Part shown: piece after piece, positions 40,499 to 50,155 of the stretch
Layout: the number at the start of each line of letters is the position of its first letter
How positions within the stretch are numbered: the stretch's first letter is position 1
IMG/VR virus record: IMGVR_UViG_3300036715_004471
Coordinates: 186,001 to 250,000 of that record
DNA: 64,000 nucleotides
Reading direction: 5' to 3' (one strand)
The notes under the pieces: model-generated
Told to the model about the DNA's origin: nothing
What the model saw: only the letters and a program-made list of their open reading frames with translations
The model's database searches: none
Translations under genes and position numbers: made by a program

Positions 40499-42925
40499 TT
40501 ATGCAAAGATTGTATCTGGAGTTCTAATAACGCTAACATCCATTCCAGTTGATGTTACTGTTGATTCAGTTTCAAATGGTAAGATTTGTCCAGCTTGACG
40601 GGCTCTAACCAAAACTGGAATGTTAGATACATAAGTTGCATTAGAATTTTCATTTCCAGGAGTTCCACTTGAACCAGTTGTTTCATAACTATCTACTAAT
40701 GGTACATAAACTGTATCAGATGTAGTAGTGGCGACTGGCAAAGTATTAATTTCATATGAATCGCCAGTCCAATCTGTAACCGCATTAGTTACCAAATGAG
40801 TTTCATCAGTAATAGCTGTAACATAAGCTGAAACACCTTCTGTAAGATTATTAACAAGATCCCCAACTTTAATTCCCCATGTTACTAAGGTCGCCGCAGC
40901 ATCAAATAATATTGTGCTTGTTGAGCCCGCATCCGCTGTTAATCCGGCGCGACTTGCTAATGTAAATGTAGAACCTGCATAAGAATTATATCTTAATCTA
41001 TATTCAACAGAAGCACTAACGTCAACTAATCTAACAATACCACCTAAAGATTTGCCGGGAGTGTCACTTGATATTGCAGATCCTACAATTAATGTGGTGG
41101 CGCTTGCAGATTGTGCGGTTCCTAAATATTCTGATTTATTTATAATACCACCAGCAGCAGTTAATCTAAATACAGCCACACGATCTCCAGCTCTAGTATT
41201 GCTAACTTGAATAGTTACTTTAGTTGGAGCTAATACTGTATTTCCAGCATCATCAGTTAATTGAAATCTATTAGTATCACCTACAAGATAATTTGTTAAT
41301 ACTACACCTGGTGCCGTAAACCAAGTGCCTCCTGCAAACAATCCGAATGGAGCTGCGCTTACTGGCGTAATTTGTGTAGGAACAATTGCTGATACTTCAT
41401 TGCTAGCAGCTCTGCGTAAAATTTCTCCACTAGAAAAAGTGCCTCTGCTATTTCTTAATACAATTATTTTTGCAGAAGTATTATGAGATACAACAGTTCC
41501 AGTAGCTCCGCTAGTAACTCCAGTAACAACCGTTCCTTCTGCTATACTTCCAGTTAAAGTCGTATATGTCATTCTATAATCAGATCCTATGTATTGCTCG
41601 CCCTCAATACCATCTGTATTTGTTGTTGCGGTAGAACCACGTCTAGTTAAAAACTGAGTCCATTTATAACCTTCCAATACAGTATATGTATTATTAAGAT
41701 CTACAGTAATAGAGTAGTTTTCATTAGCACCATTCTCATCTATATCGGCAGTTGTATGTGCATGCACAATAGATGATGTATATGAAACTATTGCTGTATT
41801 AGATGGCGCAGCGGCGGTACATGTTGCAGTTGATGTATTACCTTTAATTGTATCAGTATTTACAAAATCAGTCAAATCACCAATTACATAATAAGTTAAT
41901 GTTGGCGTTGTTCCTGGTGAGCCTGAAACAGCGGTTACGACAGCTTTTGCAGTTGCTGCGGCTAAAGCGCCAGCAGCAGGCGTATAAATAATTTCACCAA
42001 CTACAAATGTTCCAGATCCAGAACTTCCAGTAAAAGTCCTATATCCAATATTTGAATTATTTAGATCCGAGGATGTCTGCAAAGGAATAGGATTTCTTCC
42101 TCCGGAGCTTAATCCTGTTATAAAGTGACCATATGTAGTATCTGGTTGTCTTGCAAAAACTGTAATGTACCCACTATCTATTAGTGTACCAACATCTTTA
42201 ACTAAAATTAAAACATCGAATGTTCCTGCTGGCCACCAAGAGAATGTTCCTTTATAAGAACTTAATTTAGCACCATTTTGATGAACATATAATGTAGTAT
42301 TTGCCACTAAAGTAGCGATACCAGTATTGTAAATATTAGCCCACAACATTTCACCGCTAACAGCAGCAGTTGCTTGTGTTACTGATGCTGCGGATCCGCC
42401 AGTAACTGTAATAGTTCCAGTGGTTGAATCCCAATCATTTGCAGCAGCGGATGTTGTTGGTCTTATCCAAGCATATTTGGTTGCTCCAACAGTAGCAAAA
42501 TCCAATAAAGTACCAGTATCGCCGCCAGTTGCATTAGTAACAGTCTTCCCAATATCACCAGTAATAAAATTTGTACCAGTAGTGTATGTTATTCTAACTA
42601 TACCAGTATTTGTACCAGTAACTCTAGCCCAGCCATTTGTTTTTAATGCACCACCAGTTAAGTGCTCCACAGTTGTTCTATCTATAAACCATGGATCTTT
42701 ATCTGACGGATCGATAATACCAATTGTATATTCAGTAGGAGTTTGCGCGCTAATAACGCTACCATCATCCATTTGATTTAATTCATCTAATAGATCGGCT
42801 AATGCAGAATATAATTCATTTACAGTCCTAGTACCTGCTGCGCTACCAGTCCATGTAACAGTTTTTTGCCTATTTTCTGCTAAATAAGAAACAGTAAAAT
42901 CGCCACCAAGAATTGTATTAGACAT
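40499..42925 (-). CDS. Thr/Gly/Ala-rich virion appendage protein (808 aa)
   Basis: Repeated small beta modules (GTFVVGEIIY; GSIAEGTVVTGVTSGATGTVV; GTFSSGEILR). Confidence 0.55.
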   Translation of the reverse strand: MSNTILGGDFTVSYLAENRQKTVTWTGSAAGTRTVNELYSALADLLDELNQMDDGSVISAQTPTEYTIGIIDPSDKDPWFIDRTTVEHLTGGALKTNGWARVTGTNTGIVRITYTTGTNFITGDIGKTVTNATGGDTGTLLDFATVGATKYAWIRPTTSAAANDWDSTTGTITVTGGSAASVTQATAAVSGEMLWANIYNTGIATLVANTTLYVHQNGAKLSSYKGTFSWWPAGTFDVLILVKDVGTLIDSGYITVFARQPDTTYGHFITGLSSGGRNPIPLQTSSDLNNSNIGYRTFTGSSGSGTFVVGEIIYTPAAGALAAATAKAVVTAVSGSPGTTPTLTYYVIGDLTDFVNTDTIKGNTSTATCTAAAPSNTAIVSYTSSIVHAHTTADIDENGANENYSITVDLNNTYTVLEGYKWTQFLTRRGSTATTNTDGIEGEQYIGSDYRMTYTTLTGSIAEGTVVTGVTSGATGTVVSHNTSAKIIVLRNSRGTFSSGEILRRAASNEVSAIVPTQITPVSAAPFGLFAGGTWFTAPGVVLTNYLVGDTNRFQLTDDAGNTVLAPTKVTIQVSNTRAGDRVAVFRLTAAGGIINKSEYLGTAQSASATTLIVGSAISSDTPGKSLGGIVRLVDVSASVEYRLRYNSYAGSTFTLASRAGLTADAGSTSTILFDAAATLVTWGIKVGDLVNNLTEGVSAYVTAITDETHLVTNAVTDWTGDSYEINTLPVATTTSDTVYVPLVDSYETTGSSGTPGNENSNATYVSNIPVLVRARQAGQILPFETESTVTSTGMDVSVIRTPDTIFA

Positions 42926-42937
42926 TCAAACCCCATA

Positions 42938-45739
42938 TTATGTTGCAACACTATCAGTAATCATAGTTATTGTAGATGTTAGTCCTGAGCTAGTTATAGT
43001 TCCAGCAGAATCGTTATTAAGATATCTTGTGCCAGTAGATGATTTTCTCACTCTTATATATACTGTAGTATTAGATAAATATTCTACACTTTTTGTTGCG
43101 ATACCGCTGGCATTAGTTAAAACATTCATAATTTCTGTATTATCACTGGTTTTATATATTGCAACTCTAGCATTTTGAATAGGCGCACTAAGATTATCTT
43201 GAACAGTAATAGTTATAGTTGCATAATCTAAAGGATATTGAGTTGTTTGACTAACAGCATCTGTAGTTCCAGTACAATAAATACCAGTAATAGTATTTGA
43301 TGTGCTTCCAGTTGTACATTTTGCTCTTATTTTTAATTTAAATCCAAGAGTTGCGCTAATGCTTGTTTCTCCATTTAAAGCACTAACTATAAAAGTTAAT
43401 GATCCGGCAGTAGCTGTTGAGTTTGCTGACATAGTTACTTGAGTGGCGCTATCTACAGTTAATACTCTAGTACCAGCGGGAATATTTGCATGATAAATAC
43501 GATCGCCAGCAGCTATGCCAGTAGTAGATGTCATTGTTACAGTTGCAGACCCATTAGTTGTTACTCCACCAGTACGCTCATAATAGAAGTTTTTATATGA
43601 TCCATTGAATTCATTTGAATCATTTTTATCTATTTGATATTCATACCAATGATTAGCGGCAGCATTGATTCCAGTAACTGTAGAAGCAATTGCTGTAAAG
43701 CCAGTGTATCCTAATACATAGTGTGGCCACTCCCATATGATATAATCATTTGTAGTCGCCATAACAACCGATCCAGTAGATGTAAATCCAGAACCTGTAG
43801 CCATACTTGTCGTAACATATGCAGATGTAGCGCTGGTTGCTTCATTTAAAAATAATCCAATATTTCCAGATGTTGATGAAACAAATGTATCATAAAAATG
43901 TGTTCCATAAACACTTGTAAATGATGTTGGGATTGCTCCGCCAGCATACATACTTTTATAAATTGTATCTTGGCTTCCAACTGGAATAGTATCAGCAGCA
44001 GCACCCCAGCAACTTTCAAGAGTTACTCCATCATCAATAGATTGTGAATTTACAAATTTACCACCTCTTAAATTGCTTACATATATTCTTTGCAATTTAA
44101 TATTTGTGCTATCACCATTTTGTCCGCTTACTACTCCAAGTAAAACATAGTTACAAGCATTTGCCGATCCTAAACTCAAAGGAGATGCTGATGTTCCTAT
44201 ATTTCTCATAGTTATACCTGTTGATTCGGCTATTCCAAATAAAGCTTCATAAGGATGTGCATTAGTTTGACTTCCAAAAGTTATTCCATTTACTAAAGCT
44301 GTAGTACATTTATCAAAACCTAAAGCAGTTAAACCATTTGATGATGTTGTTGCTCCTGTAATTAGATCACAATAAACTAAATTTGTAACAGTAGTATTTA
44401 CACAAGAAAGAAAAATTACGCTTCCACCTATAAATGTACAATTTGTTAATACTACATTTGTTCCAATTGACTGCTGATATGATTGACCAACAGTTGATGC
44501 CCTATTTAACATTGCATAAAATTTACAATTTGAATAAGTTAAATTAAAAATACCAGCAGCCGGCATACTTAACACTCCGGGAGAATATTGGTATCTTATA
44601 AATGAACTATTTGAAATTGTTCCACCATTAAATGTATAGTTGAAGTTAAAAGCAGCACTCACATTTACGTTTGTCCCAATTCCAACACCAAGATTATCTA
44701 TACTTACTGGCGAAAGATGAGATCCTAAATAAAAAGAATCTACAAATCCGCAATTAGAGAATGTAATTGAGTAAGCGCCAGTAAATTTTGCAAACCAAAT
44801 TAAAATACCTTTCGAAACATTAGCCAAACCACCACCAGAAAAATCAAATGTAAATCTTGAAGCTGGAGCAACGTTATATGAATTTGTTGACTGTGCAGCA
44901 GATGTACATGTAACGCAAATAACATTTGGCACTCTAACTTTTAAACCTGTTACAGGAAGATATCCTCCAAATGATGTTTTGGATATTACACAAGATCCTT
45001 GAGCAGAAATCCAAACAACTTTGCCACGTATAGCGTCTGTTGCAAATACTGTAGTAGCAGAACCAGCATTACCATAAAATTCATATGTTCCAGAACCAAC
45101 AGCGGTTTCTATCCAAACTCCAGGATAATATGTGTTTGTTAAACTAGCTGGTAATTGAATAGTTTGATTTGCAGAGCCGCTAGTGGTTCCGGCTTCAAAC
45201 CATTCACCAGCAATTTGTGTAGTTCCTAATCTAGGGCATGTTATTCTGCCACCGTCTACACCAACTACTTCAATCCATCCAACTACATCTGCGCCTGTTG
45301 AGGTTGCGCCTATACCGCTCAACGCTCCCGAGGTAAAGGCACCTGTAGTATTTTTAACTTTGATATACCCTGATGCAGGCATTGCTGCTCCAGCAGCCGT
45401 AGGGGCAACATTTAAAGCCGAATAAACACCTAATAAATATCCTGTATAGCCGCCAGAGCTATTAGTAATAGTGGTTCCAATAGCTGGTACGTTTCCAGAG
45501 CCAGTATTATAAGGTATTAATTTAACTTTTGATCCATCAAGTAATATTTTACCACCTAACGTTGCAGAAATAGTAACTGTTCCTAAATTTCCTTTAGCAG
45601 CAGTGGAGTTTGCGCAATATCTTGTGTCAGTATCTATTGTTAATGTAGCTCCGTTTAAATTGTATGTGTCATTTCCTGCACGAGTAGAAAATGAAGCATC
45701 ATCAAAATTAACACTACTATTTACGGTAAATGTTGCCAT
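42938..45739 (-). CDS. Virion appendage protein with beta-helix core and C-terminal Ig-like domain (933 aa)
   Basis: Parallel beta-helix repeats; C-terminal ITITVQDNLSAPIQNARVAIY domain. Confidence 0.55.
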   Translation of the reverse strand: MATFTVNSSVNFDDASFSTRAGNDTYNLNGATLTIDTDTRYCANSTAAKGNLGTVTISATLGGKILLDGSKVKLIPYNTGSGNVPAIGTTITNSSGGYTGYLLGVYSALNVAPTAAGAAMPASGYIKVKNTTGAFTSGALSGIGATSTGADVVGWIEVVGVDGGRITCPRLGTTQIAGEWFEAGTTSGSANQTIQLPASLTNTYYPGVWIETAVGSGTYEFYGNAGSATTVFATDAIRGKVVWISAQGSCVISKTSFGGYLPVTGLKVRVPNVICVTCTSAAQSTNSYNVAPASRFTFDFSGGGLANVSKGILIWFAKFTGAYSITFSNCGFVDSFYLGSHLSPVSIDNLGVGIGTNVNVSAAFNFNYTFNGGTISNSSFIRYQYSPGVLSMPAAGIFNLTYSNCKFYAMLNRASTVGQSYQQSIGTNVVLTNCTFIGGSVIFLSCVNTTVTNLVYCDLITGATTSSNGLTALGFDKCTTALVNGITFGSQTNAHPYEALFGIAESTGITMRNIGTSASPLSLGSANACNYVLLGVVSGQNGDSTNIKLQRIYVSNLRGGKFVNSQSIDDGVTLESCWGAAADTIPVGSQDTIYKSMYAGGAIPTSFTSVYGTHFYDTFVSSTSGNIGLFLNEATSATSAYVTTSMATGSGFTSTGSVVMATTNDYIIWEWPHYVLGYTGFTAIASTVTGINAAANHWYEYQIDKNDSNEFNGSYKNFYYERTGGVTTNGSATVTMTSTTGIAAGDRIYHANIPAGTRVLTVDSATQVTMSANSTATAGSLTFIVSALNGETSISATLGFKLKIRAKCTTGSTSNTITGIYCTGTTDAVSQTTQYPLDYATITITVQDNLSAPIQNARVAIYKTSDNTEIMNVLTNASGIATKSVEYLSNTTVYIRVRKSSTGTRYLNNDSAGTITSSGLTSTITMITDSVAT

Positions 45740-45748
45740 ATAATCTCA

Positions 45749-46105
45749 TTAACTATACGTTTCTAGTGCCCTATTATCCCAGATTGCTGATGTAGTAGAC
45801 CATTGTGTAGAAACAGGATTACCACCAGATAAGGTTACTTTTTTTATTAGCCATGCTGCCGATGAAGATAAAGTACCCATAGAGGCTGTACCTATATATA
45901 TTATCGGATCTCCAATATCATATAATACCTTTTTTTGTATCAAAGAAGATTGAGATATTATTGGATTTGTTAATGTTCCTAATGTTGCATAACCATCCGT
46001 TAATTTTGCATCTACCTGTAAACGATAAATAGATCCATCAAGTATTACGCCAACTGGATGACCTAATGCATCATAAATAATTGCTGCTGGAGATTCATTT
46101 GACAT
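45749..46105 (-). CDS. Small virion-associated protein (118 aa)
   Basis: Motif YIGTASMG...AAWLIKKV...WDNRALETY, which I recall from phage structural accessory proteins; TAATG coupling. Confidence 0.55.
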   Translation of the reverse strand: MSNESPAAIIYDALGHPVGVILDGSIYRLQVDAKLTDGYATLGTLTNPIISQSSLIQKKVLYDIGDPIIYIGTASMGTLSSSAAWLIKKVTLSGGNPVSTQWSTTSAIWDNRALETYS

Positions 46106-46755
46106 TAAGTTATAATCCTATTTCTAGAAACTTCAAAAGGTCCACTATAAATAATAGAGTCAGTAACAATAGCTAATAATGTAATTCCGTCTATATCATA
46201 CATTTTCCATGAAATAACTATTGGGTTATTAGATGCGTCCCATACCATATTTTTCTCCACAATTTTTTTCGATTTAGAGGGAGAAGTCCACCAAATAATT
46301 GATGTTGGAAATGGAGAACTCGGGGGTAATGTTTCACGATAAGCTCCTGATGTAAAACCCTCCATGGGTCCACCAACGCCATCAGCTAAATGTATAAGTT
46401 GTCTGAGTGTTTTATGTTGATCTTCAGTTAATCCGCCACTAAAAGCAGTTACATCTAATCCAATAGTTACACCAGCATTTTGTAAAAATACTTTTTGAGC
46501 ATTATTAAATTGTAATAAATCAATATCACTACATTCAATAATAATATCTCCAGCTCTTATTTTGTGATTTAATTCACCTTTCAAAAGAGAGGCTCTAATA
46601 TCTGACTCAGAAACTCCAGGTATTTGTAATAGGTCTCTTGTGGTATTAAAATTGATTGGATAATTGAATATTTTGATTGTCTTATTTCTATCAGGCGTAA
46701 TATTTCGAACCACAAAACAACCATTTAATTTTGTGTAGGGTGCAAATTCATTCAT
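46105..46755 (-). CDS. Hypothetical virion-associated protein; start revised to ATG 46755
   Basis: GGAG RBS; two-domain protein. Confidence 0.6.
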   Translation of the reverse strand: MNEFAPYTKLNGCFVVRNITPDRNKTIKIFNYPINFNTTRDLLQIPGVSESDIRASLLKGELNHKIRAGDIIIECSDIDLLQFNNAQKVFLQNAGVTIGLDVTAFSGGLTEDQHKTLRQLIHLADGVGGPMEGFTSGAYRETLPPSSPFPTSIIWWTSPSKSKKIVEKNMVWDASNNPIVISWKMYDIDGITLLAIVTDSIIYSGPFEVSRNRIIT

Positions 46756-46759
46756 ACTT

Positions 46760-47458
46760 TCACTCCACAAATTTGTCTTTAATTGTAATAGTAATGGTTC
46801 TTTCTACTTCTGGATGATCTTTGGAGGCTTTGACTCCTCCAAATAATTTATCTAACAAAGTATCATATGTCTGTGTTGCGACATCATTTTTACTAATATG
46901 CAAAGCATCATGAACATCTTTATGAATTAACTCTTCATCTTTGGCAAGAATAATTTTTTTCAACTCTGAGGATCCTAATTTATTCAAATCTTCAAAACCT
47001 AATCTATATCTAACTTGTAACAATTCTTCTATATAATCAATGCTTGCCATAGATGGTTGAGAATCAGAAAAATCACCATCATCGATGCCAGTTCTTAATC
47101 CCTTATTCAAAGTAGATAATAAAACGCGGGCGTTACTATCTTGCCATTCGTGCTCTTTACCGTATTGATCTTTTAAATCTGTTAACACATCTTTAAGTTT
47201 AGCAAAACTTTTTATCTTTTGCCCCAGAGCCTCTGAAACAAATTGTTCGCTACGATTATAATTTTGAAGACCTCTTCTAGGATTAAAATCACTCTCTTGA
47301 TCTATACGACGAGTATCAAAAGCATTTTTAATGAGGGATTTAGAAATGGCATTATTGAGCGCTTTTTTTCTTACAGAAAAAGCTCTTTTTCTCAATGGGA
47401 TCTCAGAAATTCCATTGGAAACTAAATCGTATATTTCTAAAACAGTTTCAATTTTCAT
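46760..47458 (-). CDS. Hypothetical protein (232 aa)
   Basis: Helical, charged; carries LRKRAF and LIKNAF motifs. Confidence 0.6.
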   Translation of the reverse strand: MKIETVLEIYDLVSNGISEIPLRKRAFSVRKKALNNAISKSLIKNAFDTRRIDQESDFNPRRGLQNYNRSEQFVSEALGQKIKSFAKLKDVLTDLKDQYGKEHEWQDSNARVLLSTLNKGLRTGIDDGDFSDSQPSMASIDYIEELLQVRYRLGFEDLNKLGSSELKKIILAKDEELIHKDVHDALHISKNDVATQTYDTLLDKLFGGVKASKDHPEVERTITITIKDKFVE

Positions 47459-47490
47459 AAGTCACATCCTATATGTCTTATTATAGACGC

Positions 47491-48099
47491 TCATTTTGTG
47501 ATATTTGCTTTGAATTTGATGATATCAGCTTTGTTAATAGGTAAATTTCCTTTAACCATGACGTGATTAACGTAAGCAAATATCAAAGGATGCTCTTCAT
47601 CTTCTTTACTTTTGGCAAAATACTTAACTGTGGCGGTTGGTATAAATTGTGTTTCTTTGTAAGTTTTAGGATTCAATTTTTTGTAGGCATCGGCTTTGCG
47701 CGGAGACTTATTATCATCGTATAAACACATTTCAAAATCTTCTAGATCATTAATATCAAATCTGAATATTTCTACATCTTCGCTTTGTTTATATCCCGGA
47801 ATTCCTAACAACTCTTCTAATTGAAATATCTTAATAGGATTTAAGGTAGAAAGATTTACGCAATCTTTCCATTGAGCATCAAGCATATTAATCTTGATAT
47901 TAGGGTGAGTGTTTCTATCTTTGTATTTTTTTATTTCTTGCCTATAAATATCAGGATAGATATCTTGTAATTCAGATAATGGATAAATGTATTTGCCTTT
48001 GAATTTGTGACTTTTAATATGATATACATATTGATGATCTGATTTGAGTTTTTCTTCAAATTTTTTAGCTATCGTCAAAAGTTGGTTGTGAGCGTACAT
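47491..48099 (-). CDS. Hypothetical protein; start revised to ATG 48099
   Basis: The track's longer start falls inside the terminator hairpin. Confidence 0.6.
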   Translation of the reverse strand: MYAHNQLLTIAKKFEEKLKSDHQYVYHIKSHKFKGKYIYPLSELQDIYPDIYRQEIKKYKDRNTHPNIKINMLDAQWKDCVNLSTLNPIKIFQLEELLGIPGYKQSEDVEIFRFDINDLEDFEMCLYDDNKSPRKADAYKKLNPKTYKETQFIPTATVKYFAKSKEDEEHPLIFAYVNHVMVKGNLPINKADIIKFKANITK

Positions 48100-48129
48100 A
48101 TCATGATGATGTTTTATGCTTATTGAAAC

Positions 48130-48164
48130 GCAAAAAGCCACAGTCAAAGACTGTGGCTTTTTGC
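48130..48164 (-). terminator. Intrinsic terminator after the major capsid gene (potentially bidirectional)
   Basis: Perfect 16-bp inverted repeat GCAAAAAGCCACAGTC-AAA-GACTGTGGCTTTTTGC. Confidence 0.85.
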
Positions 48165-48203
48165 TTATCCTACATTAAAGAGGACAATTAGTTTATTGTG
48201 ATA

Positions 48204-49217
48204 TTAGGCACCGATTACGACAGACTTACGACCAGCAGCAACACCGCGAGGGTTGACGATGGCGATACCAATTTCTTCGCTTACTACCCAACCAAGCTTC
48301 AATTGCTTTGGCTCGTCGGCTGGAAGAACTTCGATATCTTGTCTAATTGGCATAACACCAACGAACTCAGGATCGGCAGCTCCGTAGATGGTTCCTGGTG
48401 GAACAATCTTGCTTACCATGATGTCAGTACCCCAGATGTGAGCATAAAGACCGGTTTGTAGAACTTCTCTCATTGTGACAGGATCGAAATCACCACCACC
48501 AACGCCTTGTCCACCACCGCTACCCCACTTTAGAATATCAGTGAATTCATTGATATTCATGAAGTACTTAGTTATAACCAAGTCCCAACGATCGATTTGT
48601 TGCTTGATTTCAACAAGGTCTCTCTTCAAAAGACCGGCATCAGCGATGTCAGTTAGGGTGTTTTCAACAGAAGCTGCGGCATCAAGTGCTGCGAAAATGT
48701 TGGCATCTTCTTGAGCCATGATTTCTTGACGAGCCTTCTGTACAGATCTGTCAATTACATTGAATCTACGACGTCTAACTTCGTTAATTCTGACAGTTGG
48801 GTTTGCGTAGATTTCGAAGGTAGGTACTACTACTCTATCACCGAATACTCTGGATTCTGGACCAGTACCGTTAGAGGAAATAACAACGGCTGAAACATCG
48901 ATATCTCTATCATATGTTGGTTGAGCACCTTGAGGTAGAGGATCTACAACTAAGGCTCTACGTGCGATACCATGGTAATCCAAGTTTCTACGAATTGGGT
49001 TTGCCATAGCTTGAGCTAGAGCAATTTTACCGTCTTGAGTCATAATAGCACGAGAGATCAACTCGTCGCGTCTGTCATCACTCAAGGCTACTTGACCGGC
49101 TAATCCCATATTAGCTGGTTGATTCTCTTCCAAAATTGCTGCATACTTAACTAATTGCTGCAACATATCCTTCAAAGAGGATGCGTTCATTGCGCCTTGG
49201 TTGTTGAACATATTCAT
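48204..49217 (-). CDS. Major capsid protein (HK97-like fold)
   Basis: IALAQAMANPIRRNLDY...VVVPTFEIYANPTV...QKARQEIMAQEDANIFAAL...GWVVSEEIGIAIVNP; strong RBS AGGAG; follows a cement gene and is followed by a terminator. Confidence 0.85.
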   Translation of the reverse strand: MNMFNNQGAMNASSLKDMLQQLVKYAAILEENQPANMGLAGQVALSDDRRDELISRAIMTQDGKIALAQAMANPIRRNLDYHGIARRALVVDPLPQGAQPTYDRDIDVSAVVISSNGTGPESRVFGDRVVVPTFEIYANPTVRINEVRRRRFNVIDRSVQKARQEIMAQEDANIFAALDAAASVENTLTDIADAGLLKRDLVEIKQQIDRWDLVITKYFMNINEFTDILKWGSGGGQGVGGGDFDPVTMREVLQTGLYAHIWGTDIMVSKIVPPGTIYGAADPEFVGVMPIRQDIEVLPADEPKQLKLGWVVSEEIGIAIVNPRGVAAGRKSVVIGA

Positions 49218-49244
49218 ATAAAGTTTCTCCTAAATGGAATTTTT

Positions 49245-49328
49245 GCCAGTTTTACCAGCGAAACATATTCTAAAAGATGAGGGGTCTCCCCGAAGAGAGT
49301 TAAAAATCCCAGCCCCTCGACTGGGATT
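49245..49328 (-). promoter_or_regulatory. Structured RNA leader of the capsid gene (three hairpins, possible pseudoknot)
   Basis: AATCCCAG/CTGGGATT stem with GAGGGG in its loop, CTCTC-TTCG-GGGAG hairpin, downstream CCCCTC, and GCTGGT-AAA-ACTGGC. Confidence 0.5.
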
Positions 49329-49335
49329 AAATCAA

Positions 49336-50007
49336 TTAAGCTGATGGTGGATTGAAGTAGAAAGTTGCGAAAGCAAAAGTGTTATTCAATGCAGTAACTA
49401 GAGAGTTTGGAGTAGTGACAAGAGAACCATTGGTCTCAAAGTCAATGAAACGTCCAACAACTACGCTGTTACCTGCGGCAGCAGTGCTTCCAACTGGAGT
49501 CAATTGACCACCAGAAGCGCTAGCTGGTACCCAAGTCAATGCAGCGCCAGTATCTAGAGTGGTATTAGTTGGTTGTAGACCGTCCACAGAAGCAGTGTCA
49601 CATGCATCCAAAGATACGGCGTAAATACCTGGCTTCTCCCACAAAGTAACTTTACCAGAACCCAAAGCAGTGTGAGGTCCTAGAACCACACCACCAGTAA
49701 TTTGTTGACCAACAGTACCACCAACAACTGAACCAAACAAGGTTCCATATCCAGAAATACCATCATCACACAACATAAGTGGTCTCTTGGTAGTAGCAAC
49801 GTTTCTGGTTACAGCAACCCTCTTGACAACTGAAGAAGGATCTACATATCCATCAAATACATCATGAGATGCTTTGTCGGTTGCAGAAGTTGCAACAACT
49901 GAAGTGAAGGTAACGATTTCTCCACCCTTCAAAGTCAAAAATTCTGTATCAAGACCATCGTATTGACCCAAAGGTTGTACGCCTGGTTGTAATAGTTTTA
50001 ATGCCAT
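49336..50007 (-). CDS. Capsid decoration/cement protein
   Basis: Directly precedes the MCP; about 220 aa, beta-rich, with GSGKVTLW and VVGRF motifs typical of cement proteins. Confidence 0.65.
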   Translation of the reverse strand: MALKLLQPGVQPLGQYDGLDTEFLTLKGGEIVTFTSVVATSATDKASHDVFDGYVDPSSVVKRVAVTRNVATTKRPLMLCDDGISGYGTLFGSVVGGTVGQQITGGVVLGPHTALGSGKVTLWEKPGIYAVSLDACDTASVDGLQPTNTTLDTGAALTWVPASASGGQLTPVGSTAAAGNSVVVGRFIDFETNGSLVTTPNSLVTALNNTFAFATFYFNPPSA

Positions 50008-50084
50008 TTGTTTTTCCTATAATCTTTAATGCCGTATAAATACAATCGGCACGATAACTTACACCTAAACTTACTAAATCACTA

Positions 50085-50147
50085 ACATATTTTCTTATTG
50101 ATATAATCAAAGCAAAATATGCGAAAGTTAACTACATATTTTCTTAT
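50085..50147. repeat. 14-bp direct repeat ACATATTTTCTTAT x2 with an inverted core between them
   Basis: Copies at 50085-50098 and 50134-50147; AAAATATG at 50114-50121. Confidence 0.7.
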
Positions 50148-50155
50148 GCCTAGAA

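Noticed and set aside
25372-45739. Diversity-generating retroelement or invertible fibre cassette
   Set aside because: I saw no reverse transcriptase, recombinase, or near-identical template/variable repeat pair in the window.
49279-49328. Pistol or other self-cleaving ribozyme
   Set aside because: The hairpin-loop pseudoknot is similar, but the pistol P2/P3 arrangement and conserved linker nucleotides are missing; kept only as an unclassified structured leader.
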